A DNA stretch of 32,000 bases from Vallitalea sp. (GCA_025210515.1 JAOARM010000015.1:34555-66554); one strand, 5' to 3'; shown: positions 17,898 to 26,369, numbered from the stretch's first letter. Numbers and translations: made by a program. Notes: generated by a model not told the origin, from the letters alone.

Positions 17898-18665
17898 TTA
17901 GCTTACTCTGAATAATCTTTTAGCATTTTCGTTAGTATACTTAATTACATCTTCTAAGGAGATATTTTTAATTTTTCCTATTTCCTCAGCAATATACTTT
18001 AAATTTGTTGAATCATTTCTTTTACCTCTATTTGGAACTGGTGCAAGATATGGACAATCAGTCTCAATTAATATTTTGTTCATAGGTGTTTCTTTTACTA
18101 CATTCTTTAACTTATTAGCGTTTTTGAATGTAACAACACCTCCTACACCAATATAAAATCCCATTTTAGTGTATTCTCTTGCCATCTCTACACTTCCTGA
18201 ATAACAATGAATAACTCCTCCAGCTTCTTTTGCATCTGTTTCTTTAATAATATCATAACAATCTTTTGATGCATCTCTACTATGAACTATTATTGGCATA
18301 TCAAGTTCTTTCGCTAATTCTATTTGTTCTCTAAACCATAGCTTCTGAACTTCTTTTGGAGAAATTTCATAATAATAATCTAATCCTATTTCTCCTATTG
18401 CTACTACCTTTTTATATGAGGCTAATCCAATTAATGTTTCTAAATCTTTTTCTTTCATATCTTTTACATCATGTGGATGAACACCTACTGCCGCATATAT
18501 ATAATCATACTCTTTTGCCAATTTCACGCATTCATATGAAGATTTAACATCTGCTCCCACATTAAGTAGATATTCTATTCCTTTACTAGGAAGGCTTTTT
18601 AGTAGCTCATGTCTATCTATATCAAATCTTTTATCATCATAATGTGCATGACTTTCAAAAATCAT
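17898..18665 (-). CDS. tatD: TatD-family metal-dependent hydrolase (YabD-like)
   Basis: Contains MIFESHAHYDD, AVGVHPH, AIGEIGLDYYY, VHSRDA and ETDCPYLAP motifs. The ATG at 18665 has GAGGTG upstream. The track start at 18710 is a GTG extension. Confidence 0.9.
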   Translation of the reverse strand: MIFESHAHYDDKRFDIDRHELLKSLPSKGIEYLLNVGADVKSSYECVKLAKEYDYIYAAVGVHPHDVKDMKEKDLETLIGLASYKKVVAIGEIGLDYYYEISPKEVQKLWFREQIELAKELDMPIIVHSRDASKDCYDIIKETDAKEAGGVIHCYSGSVEMAREYTKMGFYIGVGGVVTFKNANKLKNVVKETPMNKILIETDCPYLAPVPNRGKRNDSTNLKYIAEEIGKIKNISLEDVIKYTNENAKRLFRVS

Positions 18666-18719
18666 TATATTCACCTCACTAATATAAGGGGCGTCGGTAT
18701 AATCTGACACCCCCTTTTA

Positions 18720-20654
18720 TTATCTAACTATAGCTCCACTTTTAATATCATTATCAACAGTAGCAAGTACTAATTTCTTTTTATGAGAAGCTGCTAATAT
18801 CATTCCTTCTGATAGTACGCCTCTAAGTTTTACTGGTTTTAGATTAGTTACAACTACTACTTTCTTACCAATCATTTCTTCTGGTGAATAACTCTTAGCA
18901 ATACCTGATACAATCTGTCTAACTTCTTCACCAATTTTTATTTTGGATACTAATAATTTATCAGCACCTTCTACTTTATTACATTCTATTACTTCTCCTA
19001 CTTTTAACTCTACTTTAGAAAAATCATCTATAGAAATAAAGTCTTCTTCATTTACTGGCTCATCTTTTACTTCTACATTAGCCTTTTGAGCTTTTTCTAG
19101 GTCTTCTAATTCTTTTTTGATATCAATTCTAGGGAAGATAATATTACCACTATTAACTTTGATTTTCTTAGGTAAAATACCCCATTCTTTTGAACTATCC
19201 CAGTTAACTATCTTATCATCTGTAATACCTAATTGTTCTCTCATTATTTTAGGTGTATTTGGCATAAAAGGTTCAATGAGTATAGAGATAATTCTTAGAT
19301 TCTCTGCTAAGTGATATAGTACATTAGCTAGAACAGCTTTATTATCTTCTTCTTTTGCTAATACCCATGGTCTTGTTTCATCAATATATTTATTAGTTCT
19401 TCTTACTAAATTCCATATTTCAATAAGTGCGTCACTAAAGAACATTTGCTCCATAACATTTTCAACTTTTTGTACTGTTTCAACAGCCATTTTTTCAACT
19501 TCTGAGTCATATTCTGTTGACTTAAACTCTGTAGGGAAGTCATCATCAAAGTATTTTTTAATCATTGCTACAGTTCTTGATACAAGATTTCCTAAATCAT
19601 TTGCAAGGTCTGAGTTAATTCTCTGAATTAGGACTTCATTAGTAAAGTTTCCATCTTGTCCAAAAGCAATTTCTCTCATTAAGAAGTATCTAATAGCATC
19701 TGAGCCATAACGATCAACTAATATTTTAGGATCTACTACATTTCCTTTTGATTTTGACATTTTACCACCATCAATAACTAGCCATCCATGACCGAATACT
19801 TGTTTTGGAAGTGGTAGATTAAGTGCCATTAACATAGCTGGCCATATAATAGTATGGAACCTAACGATTTCTTTTCCTACTAAATGAACGTCTGCTGGCC
19901 AATATTTCTTATATTTTTCATCATCTTCTGATAGATAACCAAGTGCTGATATATAGTTTGATAATGCATCTAGCCATACATATACTACATGTCCTTTATC
20001 AAATTCAACTGGAATTCCCCATGAAAATGATGTTCTTGAAACACATAAATCTTCAAGCCCAGGTCTAAGGAAATTGTTAAGCATTTCATTTTGTCTTGTT
20101 TTTGGTTGTATAAATTCTTCATGAGATTCAATATACTCAATTAACTGGTCTTGGTACTTAGAAAGTTTAAAGAAATATGCTTCTTCTTTAATCTTATCCA
20201 CAGGTCGTCCACAATCTGGGCACTTACCATCTTCTAATTGTCTTTCTGTGAAAAATGATTCACATGGAGTACAATACCATCCTTCGTATGCATCTTTGTA
20301 AATATCGCCTTTATCGTATAATTCTTTGAATATCTTTTGTACTGTTATTTCGTGTTCTTTGTCTGTAGTTCTAATGAATTTATCATATGAAATATCCATA
20401 GTTTTCCACAAATCTTTTACCCAATCCACAATGTTATCCACATATGCTTTTGGAGTTGTTCCATTTGCACTAGCAACTTTCTCAATCTTCTGTCCATGCT
20501 CGTCTGTTCCTGTTAAGAACATAACGTCATAACCACGCATTCTCTTATATCTTGCCATTGTATCAGCTGCTACTGTTGTATAGGAATGTCCTATATGAAG
20601 TTTATCACTTGGATAATATATTGGTGTTGTAATATAATATGGTTTTTTACCCAT
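18720..20654 (-). CDS. metG: Methionine--tRNA ligase with a C-terminal tRNA-binding (EMAP/Trbp111-like) domain
   Basis: Contains HIGHSYT (HIGH), KMSKSKGN (KMSKS), a CTPCESF...CPDCGRP zinc knuckle, and a C-terminal KVELKVGEVIECNKVEGADKLL OB fold. Confidence 0.95.
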   Translation of the reverse strand: MGKKPYYITTPIYYPSDKLHIGHSYTTVAADTMARYKRMRGYDVMFLTGTDEHGQKIEKVASANGTTPKAYVDNIVDWVKDLWKTMDISYDKFIRTTDKEHEITVQKIFKELYDKGDIYKDAYEGWYCTPCESFFTERQLEDGKCPDCGRPVDKIKEEAYFFKLSKYQDQLIEYIESHEEFIQPKTRQNEMLNNFLRPGLEDLCVSRTSFSWGIPVEFDKGHVVYVWLDALSNYISALGYLSEDDEKYKKYWPADVHLVGKEIVRFHTIIWPAMLMALNLPLPKQVFGHGWLVIDGGKMSKSKGNVVDPKILVDRYGSDAIRYFLMREIAFGQDGNFTNEVLIQRINSDLANDLGNLVSRTVAMIKKYFDDDFPTEFKSTEYDSEVEKMAVETVQKVENVMEQMFFSDALIEIWNLVRRTNKYIDETRPWVLAKEEDNKAVLANVLYHLAENLRIISILIEPFMPNTPKIMREQLGITDDKIVNWDSSKEWGILPKKIKVNSGNIIFPRIDIKKELEDLEKAQKANVEVKDEPVNEEDFISIDDFSKVELKVGEVIECNKVEGADKLLVSKIKIGEEVRQIVSGIAKSYSPEEMIGKKVVVVTNLKPVKLRGVLSEGMILAASHKKKLVLATVDNDIKSGAIVR

Positions 20655-20724
20655 TAATTTTTCCTCCGTTCATATACTAAATCAATTGCAGATTAGTAAA
20701 TATCTGCCTTTGTCGTTATGATAT

Positions 20725-20753
20725 ATTATATAGTTTTAGCAAAAAAAATGCAA
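20725..20753 (-). promoter_or_regulatory. Sigma-A type promoter of metG
   Basis: On the minus strand: TTGCAT (20748-20753), a 17 nt spacer, then TATAAT (20725-20730). The leader is only about 70 nt. Confidence 0.6.
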
Positions 20754-20830
20754 AGTATTTTTAAAAAATCCATCCTTGCTTACTTCAAAGTTAAATTTTA
20801 TATATATTTTTTATTTGTAATATATTAATG

Positions 20831-21079
20831 TTAAAAAGATCTTAATGTAACTTTTAAATCTCTAACTATATCTTTAAGTAATTTATTACCAATTACATAA
20901 TCACCTACATCTACTATATCAATATATGTTTGTTCTGTACTATAATTATATTTTTCAAGAATTGATATCCCTTCATCTATAGGTGTTATAGAATATTCTT
21001 TACCATTATATTCGAATTCAACATCGCTACTACACATTAAGTTTTCACAAAGTTCTTTGAAAGATTTGAAATTATTCAT
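20831..21079 (-). CDS. Small acidic cytoplasmic protein (82 aa), unknown function
   Basis: GGAGGA RBS just upstream of the ATG. No TM segment or signal peptide. It sits downstream of the gene remnant and the small membrane protein. Confidence 0.55.
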   Translation of the reverse strand: MNNFKSFKELCENLMCSSDVEFEYNGKEYSITPIDEGISILEKYNYSTEQTYIDIVDVGDYVIGNKLLKDIVRDLKVTLRSF

Positions 21080-21180
21080 ATATCCTCCACATCTACTATT
21101 ATTATATTTGTTAAATAATTTATTATATAAATTCTCTTCTAATTATCTTAAAAAATATTTTACATAACTTCATACAATAT

Positions 21181-21215
21181 AAAATCCATCCTAGCTCCGT
21201 ACTAAGATGGATTTT
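21181..21215 (-). terminator. Hairpin after the 61 aa membrane protein gene
   Basis: Perfect 10 bp arms AAAATCCATC/GATGGATTTT. The left arm plus adjacent bases (AAAATCCATCCTaGCT) recurs at 20767-20782 (AAAATCCATCCTtGCT). Confidence 0.45.
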
Positions 21216-21230
21216 ATATACACACTTATA

Positions 21231-21416
21231 CTAATTTTTCTTTTTTTTTCTTTCTATAAAAAAGATAAATACTAAAATTATTAAAGAAATAATTCCTTTA
21301 ACTTTATCAGTAATAAAATCAAAAAAAGCTACTTCTATGCCCATTAAAAACAAATAAAAAATAACCCCTAGTATAGCTCCACCTATTACATATAAAACTG
21401 TAACTATTTTTCTCAT
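21231..21416 (-). CDS. Small 2-TM membrane protein (61 aa) with a poly-Lys C-terminus; immunity-like or holin-like
   Basis: Two hydrophobic helices and an ERKKKKN tail. RBS AAAGGTGA about 10 nt upstream. Its start is 27 nt after the stop of the upstream remnant. Confidence 0.55.
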   Translation of the reverse strand: MRKIVTVLYVIGGAILGVIFYLFLMGIEVAFFDFITDKVKGIISLIILVFIFFIERKKKKN

Positions 21417-21443
21417 ATTATTATAATCACCTTTTTCTATTAA

Positions 21444-21924
21444 TTAAATAGTTAAATTTATGGAGTTTGGCATACTATATGATTCACCTTTGGAAATATG
21501 ATTTATTTTAATTTTATAAGAACTGCCACCAATTGCTTTATGTGCTAGATTCTCTACTGATGTTATTCCAGAATCAATTGCCTTTCCTACAGATGTATTA
21601 TCAAACCACTTTTCAACTGATGCTATTTTATTTGCAATTCCTGTTACCGCTACCCCAACATGTGCACCTATGAAACCTTTTCCAGCTCCTTTAATGACTC
21701 CTTGTGCTGTCTTTCGTCCAACATTTCTTGAAACCATCAGACTTAGCTGCTATTGCTGCATTTACTCCCTCACCTACACCTCCTGCAACCATACCAACTG
21801 TATTAGTCAATGTATTACTTCTTAAATCATCTACAACAGAACTAACCACATGGTGAGCTCCTTGTCTTATAGTATTTACTGTATTATTAATTACCTTGTT
21901 TACATTCGTTTTATTTGTTATTTG
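21444..21924 (-). pseudogene. 5'-truncated and frameshifted remnant of a glycine-zipper-containing protein (C-terminal part only)
   Basis: Two overlapping minus-strand frames. Frame A (21691-21924) is open from a stop codon with no start or RBS: ...NVNKVINNTVNTIRQGAHHVVSSVVDDLRSNTLTNTVGMVAGGVGEGVNAAIAAKSD. Frame B is the 97 aa track ORF (21444-21737); it has no RBS and contains GVIKGAGKGFIGAHVGVAVTGIA. A 1 nt indel near 21691-21740 would fuse them. Confidence 0.55.
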
Positions 21925-22013
21925 TTATTTATTTTACGGAATAATTATATTATCATATTATTATCTCTTTTTCAACATTTTTTTATTGTACTATATATAT
22001 TCAAACATTTATT

Positions 22014-22042
22014 TTGCATTATTTATGCATAAATATTATAAT
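22014..22042 (+). promoter_or_regulatory. Sigma-A type promoter of the DUF885 gene, with an overlapping small inverted repeat
   Basis: TTGCAT (22014-22019), a 17 nt spacer, then TATAAT (22037-22042). TGCAT-N5-ATGCA lies at 22015-22029. Confidence 0.55.
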
Positions 22043-22158
22043 TTTATTATATTCATCCATATTTACATTAAAATCTAATAAATTACAGTTGTTCAGAATA
22101 TAATCTCCCAAATAAACATATCTATTACTAACTGAGTAATAACTAAAAGGAGCAATAC

Positions 22159-23985
22159 ATGTCCAAAAATCAATATAAATATAAGATAATAACCCTTATT
22201 CTATGCATTTCATTAATCCACTCTCTATTAATCACTGGTTGTACCAAAAAAACTAATGATAACACTATGTATATCCATGATACGGATAATTCAACTGTTG
22301 ATATGGCAGAAGATATCCAACCTAAAAGTGCAGAAGCTTTTAACTCTTTCCTTGATAAAATGTTTATTGAATATATATCTGCCTCCCCCTTAGAAATGTC
22401 TTTGCTAATCTCTTCATGCGAGCCATATGGGTTAGAAGATTCAGCTCATAAATTAGATGACTATAGTGATGAAGCACTTATAAAACAATATGATAATTTA
22501 CGTGAAAATCTACAAGAATTAAACACTTTTGATATAGAAAATTTGACTAGTGAGCAACAGCTCACTTACAGAATAATAAAATACTATCTAGAAATTAACT
22601 TAGAAGGAGAAAAGTATATAGATTATGCTTATAATATTAAGCATACTTTAGGTTTTCATATAGGTCTACCTATAACTCTATCTCAGATTCCAATAGAATG
22701 TAAATCTGATGCATATAATTTTATAAGTAGGTTAAAACAATTCCCAACTTCCGTATCTTCACTTATGGAAAGCGAAAAAATCAAAGCAGGAAAAGGTTAT
22801 ATCCAACCAGAATATATATCTGACAAAGTTATAGAACAATGTACTGCTTTCATGACTAATGCAGAGGAAAATATGCTGTACTTATCATTCTGTGATTATA
22901 TTGATAAACTAGATGATATGTCAGATCAAGAGAAAAAATCTATTAAAAAAGAATGTCTTGATACAATTAATACTTATGTTTATCCATGTTACACGAAATT
23001 TATTGAGGAATTAAAAAATATTAAATCCCAAACAATTATTACATCTGGTGTATATGCTTTTCCTCAAGGTACTGATTACTATTCTTATTTGATTAAACTT
23101 AATACAGGCACAGATATAACACCAGAAGATTTATTTGATCTAGCTAATAGCAATCTAATGAATTCATCAGCTAGAATGCAATCTATATTAAGAGATAATG
23201 AAGATCTTGCCCTAATTAATGATATCCAACCTAATCCTTTTGGAAGCTTTGAAGAATTATTTCAAAAATGCGAAGCTATTAGAGATGAAAATTTTTATAC
23301 CTACGATATTCCAAAAATTAATAGCAAAACAATTCCATCTTACTTAGAAAAAGATTTACCAAGTGCTTTCTATCTTCCTGTTAGTATTGATATGAAAAAG
23401 TATGGCAATATGTTTTTGCAAAATTCTCTATATAATAGTTTAAATACTAGTGATTTTATTATAGTATGCCACGAAGGTATTCCCGGTCATCACTTTCAAT
23501 TTTCTATAGCTTATCAACAACCTTTACCAGATATTAGAAAAGCAATTAATTTCTCTTGTTTTACGGAAGGTTGGGCATCATATGTCGAAGGTATAGCTAT
23601 TGAATCTCTTGATTTTGATAATCCTCTAGTTAATGAGTTAATGATATGTAATCTTAATGCTTCCTATTCTCTATTAACTCTAATTGATTTATATCTTCAT
23701 TACTATGGTGCGTCAAGAGAAGAAATTATTAATAATTATTATATGTATTTTGGAGATCAGATTGAAGCAATTGTAGATAGAGCAATAGCTAATCCTGGAG
23801 AAACTTTACATTATGCTTATGGACGATATTTTATGAACAACCTAAAAAATAAAGCACAAAAAGCTTTAGGAGATAAGTTTGATATAAAAGAATTTCATAA
23901 TACTATTTTAATTAATGGAGAAACTCCTTTATTTATTTTAGAAGATATTGTAGATGATTATATACAATCCAAACTTACTCAATAA
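22159..23985 (+). CDS. DUF885-family lipoprotein (putative metallopeptidase-like)
   Basis: Signal peptide with lipobox LLITGC. Contains the HEGIPGHHFQ motif typical of DUF885, in a protein of about 600 aa. RBS AAAAGGAG. Confidence 0.75.
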   Translation: MSKNQYKYKIITLILCISLIHSLLITGCTKKTNDNTMYIHDTDNSTVDMAEDIQPKSAEAFNSFLDKMFIEYISASPLEMSLLISSCEPYGLEDSAHKLDDYSDEALIKQYDNLRENLQELNTFDIENLTSEQQLTYRIIKYYLEINLEGEKYIDYAYNIKHTLGFHIGLPITLSQIPIECKSDAYNFISRLKQFPTSVSSLMESEKIKAGKGYIQPEYISDKVIEQCTAFMTNAEENMLYLSFCDYIDKLDDMSDQEKKSIKKECLDTINTYVYPCYTKFIEELKNIKSQTIITSGVYAFPQGTDYYSYLIKLNTGTDITPEDLFDLANSNLMNSSARMQSILRDNEDLALINDIQPNPFGSFEELFQKCEAIRDENFYTYDIPKINSKTIPSYLEKDLPSAFYLPVSIDMKKYGNMFLQNSLYNSLNTSDFIIVCHEGIPGHHFQFSIAYQQPLPDIRKAINFSCFTEGWASYVEGIAIESLDFDNPLVNELMICNLNASYSLLTLIDLYLHYYGASREEIINNYYMYFGDQIEAIVDRAIANPGETLHYAYGRYFMNNLKNKAQKALGDKFDIKEFHNTILINGETPLFILEDIVDDYIQSKLTQ

Positions 23986-24050
23986 CAAATTAACCATTCT
24001 AATGCAGAATCAAAGAAACTAAAATCATATATTGTAATCTTTATGAAAAT

Positions 24051-24079
24051 GGCGAAGGTATTAATAATATACCTCCGCC
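24051..24079 (-). terminator. Terminator between convergent hydG and the DUF885 gene
   Basis: GGCGAAGGTAT pairs with ATACCTCCGCC (1 mismatch). On the minus strand it is followed by ATTTTCAT. Confidence 0.5.
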
Positions 24080-24135
24080 AAATATTACTATAAATTACTT
24101 TCTTACAATAAAATAAATTATAGAAACCATTTTTA

Positions 24136-25512
24136 CTATATATATAAATCCCTAACTCCATCTTTTAATTTACTAATATTATTTCTTACTAATTGTTGTA
24201 CTTTGACATTCTCTATTTTATCAATTTCCCTATCAATAAGTTCAAATCCAATGTTATGAAGTTCCTCATCTCCATAATCTAATATATATTCAGTAAGAGT
24301 CATAAGTGCGTTAGGAGTACATACATTATGAATCTGTCCAGATTTTGCAAGTCGCATAAATCTATCTCCAGTTCTTCCTTCTCTATAGCACGCTGTACAG
24401 TAACTTGGTATATAATTATCTTTAATTAAACTTTTTAATACATCTATTGGAGCTCTGTGATCTTCTAGAGAAAATTGATTTGTCATTTTGTGATCATCAC
24501 TTTCGTTATATCCACCTACATCTGTACATGATCCTGCACTTACTTGAGATATTCCATATTGTAATAATTCTTTTCTCATATTAGCAGTTTCTCTAGTTGA
24601 TAAAATAATACCTGTAAATGGTACAGCTAAACGTATAATTGCCACTATTTTTTTAAACGTATTATCATCAATTATATTAGGATATTCCTGAAGATTAACT
24701 CCTTCTGCTTTTCTAATACGTGGTACAGAAATAGTATGGAATCCTACACCGAATTTATCTTCAAGATGATCATTATGAAGCATTAAAGATAAAACTTCAA
24801 ATTTATAATTCGCTAAACCAAATAAAACTCCTCCACCTACATCATCAATTCCACCTTCCATAGCACGGTCAAAGGCAGTAAGATGATAGTTATAATCACC
24901 TTTTAATGATTTTTCATGCATTTCTTCATAAGTTGGTTTATGATAAGTTTCTTGGAACAAAATATATGTACCAATATTAGCTTCTTTTAACTTTTTATAG
25001 TTTTCTACTGTAGTAGCTGCTATATTTACGTTAATTCTTCTAATATTTCCATTCTCATTTTCCGTTTTATAGATTGCATCAATAGAATCTAATATATAAT
25101 CAATATCACAATTTACTGGGTCTTCTCCTGCTTCAAGAGCTAACCTTTTGTGTCCCATTTTCTCTAATATTTTCACTTGCTGTTGTATTTCTTTTCTTGT
25201 TAATTTTTTTCTCTTGAATTTATTATCTCTTTTATATCCGCAATATTTACAATTATTAACACAATAATTACTTACATATAATGGAGCAAATACTACTACT
25301 CTATTACCATATATATCATTTTTCATTTCTCCTGCAATTTTATATACTTGTTTTAGTTGTTGTTCATCTTCTATGTTAAGTAATGTAGCTATTTGCTTAT
25401 GTGTAAGTCCTCTTTTTTCTTTAGCTATATTTAATACCTCTTGTATTTCTTCTAAGGATACGTTTTTTGTGTCATTAATTAATTTAGTAATATATTCATG
25501 ATTAATAAACAT
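24136..25512 (-). CDS. hydG: [FeFe]-hydrogenase H-cluster maturase HydG (radical SAM tyrosine lyase)
   Basis: Radical SAM CVNNCKYC (Cx3Cx2C) motif, plus a C-terminal CTAC-22 aa-C cluster motif (CTACYREGRTGDRFMRLAKSGQIHNVC) that distinguishes HydG from ThiH. The ATG at 25512 has GGAGAGGAG upstream. The track start at 25530 is an extension. Confidence 0.88.
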   Translation of the reverse strand: MFINHEYITKLINDTKNVSLEEIQEVLNIAKEKRGLTHKQIATLLNIEDEQQLKQVYKIAGEMKNDIYGNRVVVFAPLYVSNYCVNNCKYCGYKRDNKFKRKKLTRKEIQQQVKILEKMGHKRLALEAGEDPVNCDIDYILDSIDAIYKTENENGNIRRINVNIAATTVENYKKLKEANIGTYILFQETYHKPTYEEMHEKSLKGDYNYHLTAFDRAMEGGIDDVGGGVLFGLANYKFEVLSLMLHNDHLEDKFGVGFHTISVPRIRKAEGVNLQEYPNIIDDNTFKKIVAIIRLAVPFTGIILSTRETANMRKELLQYGISQVSAGSCTDVGGYNESDDHKMTNQFSLEDHRAPIDVLKSLIKDNYIPSYCTACYREGRTGDRFMRLAKSGQIHNVCTPNALMTLTEYILDYGDEELHNIGFELIDREIDKIENVKVQQLVRNNISKLKDGVRDLYI

Positions 25513-25578
25513 ATAATTTCTCCTCTCCATTTTGGAATTAATAATTCGTTGACACTCAAAACACCCTAATTTGCCTTG

Positions 25579-25830
25579 TTAAAATTCTTTCTTGGATATA
25601 GAAGTTTTTACTTGAACATTATCTATCTTACCAAGTTTTCCAGTAAGACTATTAATTTCATTAATATCTCCAATTACCGTGATACAAATAACTGTTACAT
25701 CTTCATCTATTAGTGGAAGTCCCATTCTACCACGTATAAGATTTTTATAACTTACTAGTATATCATTAAATTTATGTTGACTACTTTGGGGATCTTCTAA
25801 TATAGCACTAATTACGGCTACTCTTTTCAT
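25579..25830 (-). CDS. TM1266-like small ACT/NikR-C-like protein ('iron-only hydrogenase system regulator' family)
   Basis: 83 aa: MKRVAVISAILEDPQSSQHKFNDILVSYKNLIRGRMGLPLIDEDVTVICITVIGDINEINSLTGKLGKI. The typical family fold pattern and its position directly upstream of hydG support the call. Confidence 0.7.
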   Translation of the reverse strand: MKRVAVISAILEDPQSSQHKFNDILVSYKNLIRGRMGLPLIDEDVTVICITVIGDINEINSLTGKLGKIDNVQVKTSISKKEF

Positions 25831-25941
25831 ATGTCTTAGGACTCTCCTTTCTATATATTTTCAAAATCTACCAATAAATTATAAGTAAACTTATATACAA
25901 TGTTTAGCCTGATATTCTACACTTAGTTAATATAAGTTTTC

Positions 25942-25970
25942 ATTATACTTTGTAGATGTATCTCATTGAA
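25942..25970 (-). promoter_or_regulatory. Possible proximal promoter for the TM1266-like/hydG operon
   Basis: On the minus strand: TTCAAT (25965-25970), a 17 nt spacer, then TATAAT (25942-25947). It lies immediately downstream of the 25984-26010 terminator. Confidence 0.4.
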
Positions 25971-25983
25971 GTTTACTATAAAT

Positions 25984-26010
25984 AAAAAAACTTTCTTGCG
26001 AAGAAAGTTT
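25984..26010 (-). terminator. Strong intrinsic terminator upstream of the hydrogenase-maturation genes
   Basis: On the minus strand: AAACTTTCTT-CGC-AAGAAAGTTT followed by TTTTATTT. The stem is a perfect 10 bp. Confidence 0.75.
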
Positions 26011-26131
26011 ATATACAAGGACGTGTTAATCCTAATCAAGATATATATAACTTCCTTTCAGATAAGAATCTCTCAGTCTGTTAGGGTGCTAATTGTTTTT
26101 GTGATTAATAAAAGATATCTCTCTTAGTAAT
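25984..26131 (-). ncRNA. Candidate 148 nt RNA, either a cis-regulatory leader (riboswitch/attenuator) or a stand-alone sRNA; class not recognised
   Basis: Bounded by the extended -10 promoter at 26139-26167 and the terminator at 25984-26010. No ORF with an RBS lies inside. AAGGAAGTT at 26051-26059 can pair with the terminator 5' arm AACTTTCTT (9 bp including one G-U), giving an antiterminator alternative. Confidence 0.45.
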
Positions 26132-26266
26132 CGTTAATATTTTAACATAAATATAGGATTTTTTCAAGCAATCCATAAAAAAATGAGCATTCTCATCACT
26201 ATAAATAATAAGATGCTCCTTCTAATAAAATTTATATATAATCTTATATTATAACGCTCTAACTCC
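26101..26266. repeat. Direct repeat copy A (166 bp), paralogous to 27045-27210
   Basis: The alignment with copy B has equal length by eye. It includes a 49 nt block of perfect identity (26210-26258 = 27154-27202). It contains a hairpin terminator (26177-26218, followed by T7 on the minus strand) and a promoter. Confidence 0.85.
26139..26167 (-). promoter_or_regulatory. Sigma-A promoter with an extended -10, inside repeat copy A
   Basis: On the minus strand: TTGAAA (26162-26167), a 17 nt spacer, then TGT-TAAAAT (-10 at 26139-26144). Confidence 0.55.
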
Positions 26267-26341
26267 AGGCTTTCTTACCTTTTTAGCTGTTATAACAACT
26301 TTATCAATTGAAATAGTGTAGTTTATCGTTACCTCGTATAT
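26249..26341 (-). pseudogene. Decayed 3' fragment of a P-II (glnB-like) gene
   Basis: The minus strand reads IYEVTINYTISIDKVVITAKKVRKPGVRAL*. The intact gene has ...VCEVPVDKVINTAKKVLKTG[QIGDGKIFIYPVENVIKIRTGEE]GVKAL*. The bracketed 21 codons are missing. A TAG stop closes the frame at 26342-26344. Confidence 0.75.
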
Positions 26342-26369
26342 CTAAGAAACGAATTGTCATAACGAATTA

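Noticed and set aside
18666-18719. A GGGGTGTC...GACGCCCC hairpin between metG and tatD as a terminator
   Set aside because: The stem is short with a wobble pair and has no convincing U-tract. It lies 15-20 nt from the tatD RBS, so it is more likely an incidental or stabilising structure. The genes are probably co-transcribed.
20655-20830. A possible T-box riboswitch upstream of metG, as found in many Firmicutes
   Set aside because: The predicted leader is only about 70 nt. It holds one small GCAGAT/ATCTGC hairpin, no T-box consensus (GGTGGTACCGCG-like) and no terminator/antiterminator pair.
21850-22078. Two 60 aa plus-strand ORFs in the AT-rich region upstream of the DUF885 gene
   Set aside because: They overlap each other, have extreme I/Y/F/L composition, lack an RBS and span the predicted promoter. 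They are artefacts of AT-rich sequence.
23979-24161. A 60 aa minus-strand ORF between the DUF885 gene and hydG
   Set aside because: It overlaps the hydG stop region and the terminator hairpin. It has no RBS and a low-complexity sequence.
26030-26100. TPP or SAM riboswitch-like strings (CTGAGAG and TTACTAAGAGAGA) and a T-box-like TTAGGGTGCT on the opposite strand of the hyd leader
   Set aside because: These are only isolated short matches. The remaining conserved cores (ACCCTTTGAACCTGATCTGGATAATGCCAGCGTAGGGA for TPP; GGTGGAGGGA...GCAACC for SAM-I; GGTGGTACCGCG for T-box) are absent or in the wrong order or strand.
26177-26230. A micro-ORF behind the GAAGGAG-like string in the perfectly conserved 49 nt block of the repeats
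   Set aside because: No ATG lies at a usable distance in copy A. Copy B offers only a TTG 4 nt after GGAG, encoding 9 aa. The two copies do not share a reading frame.
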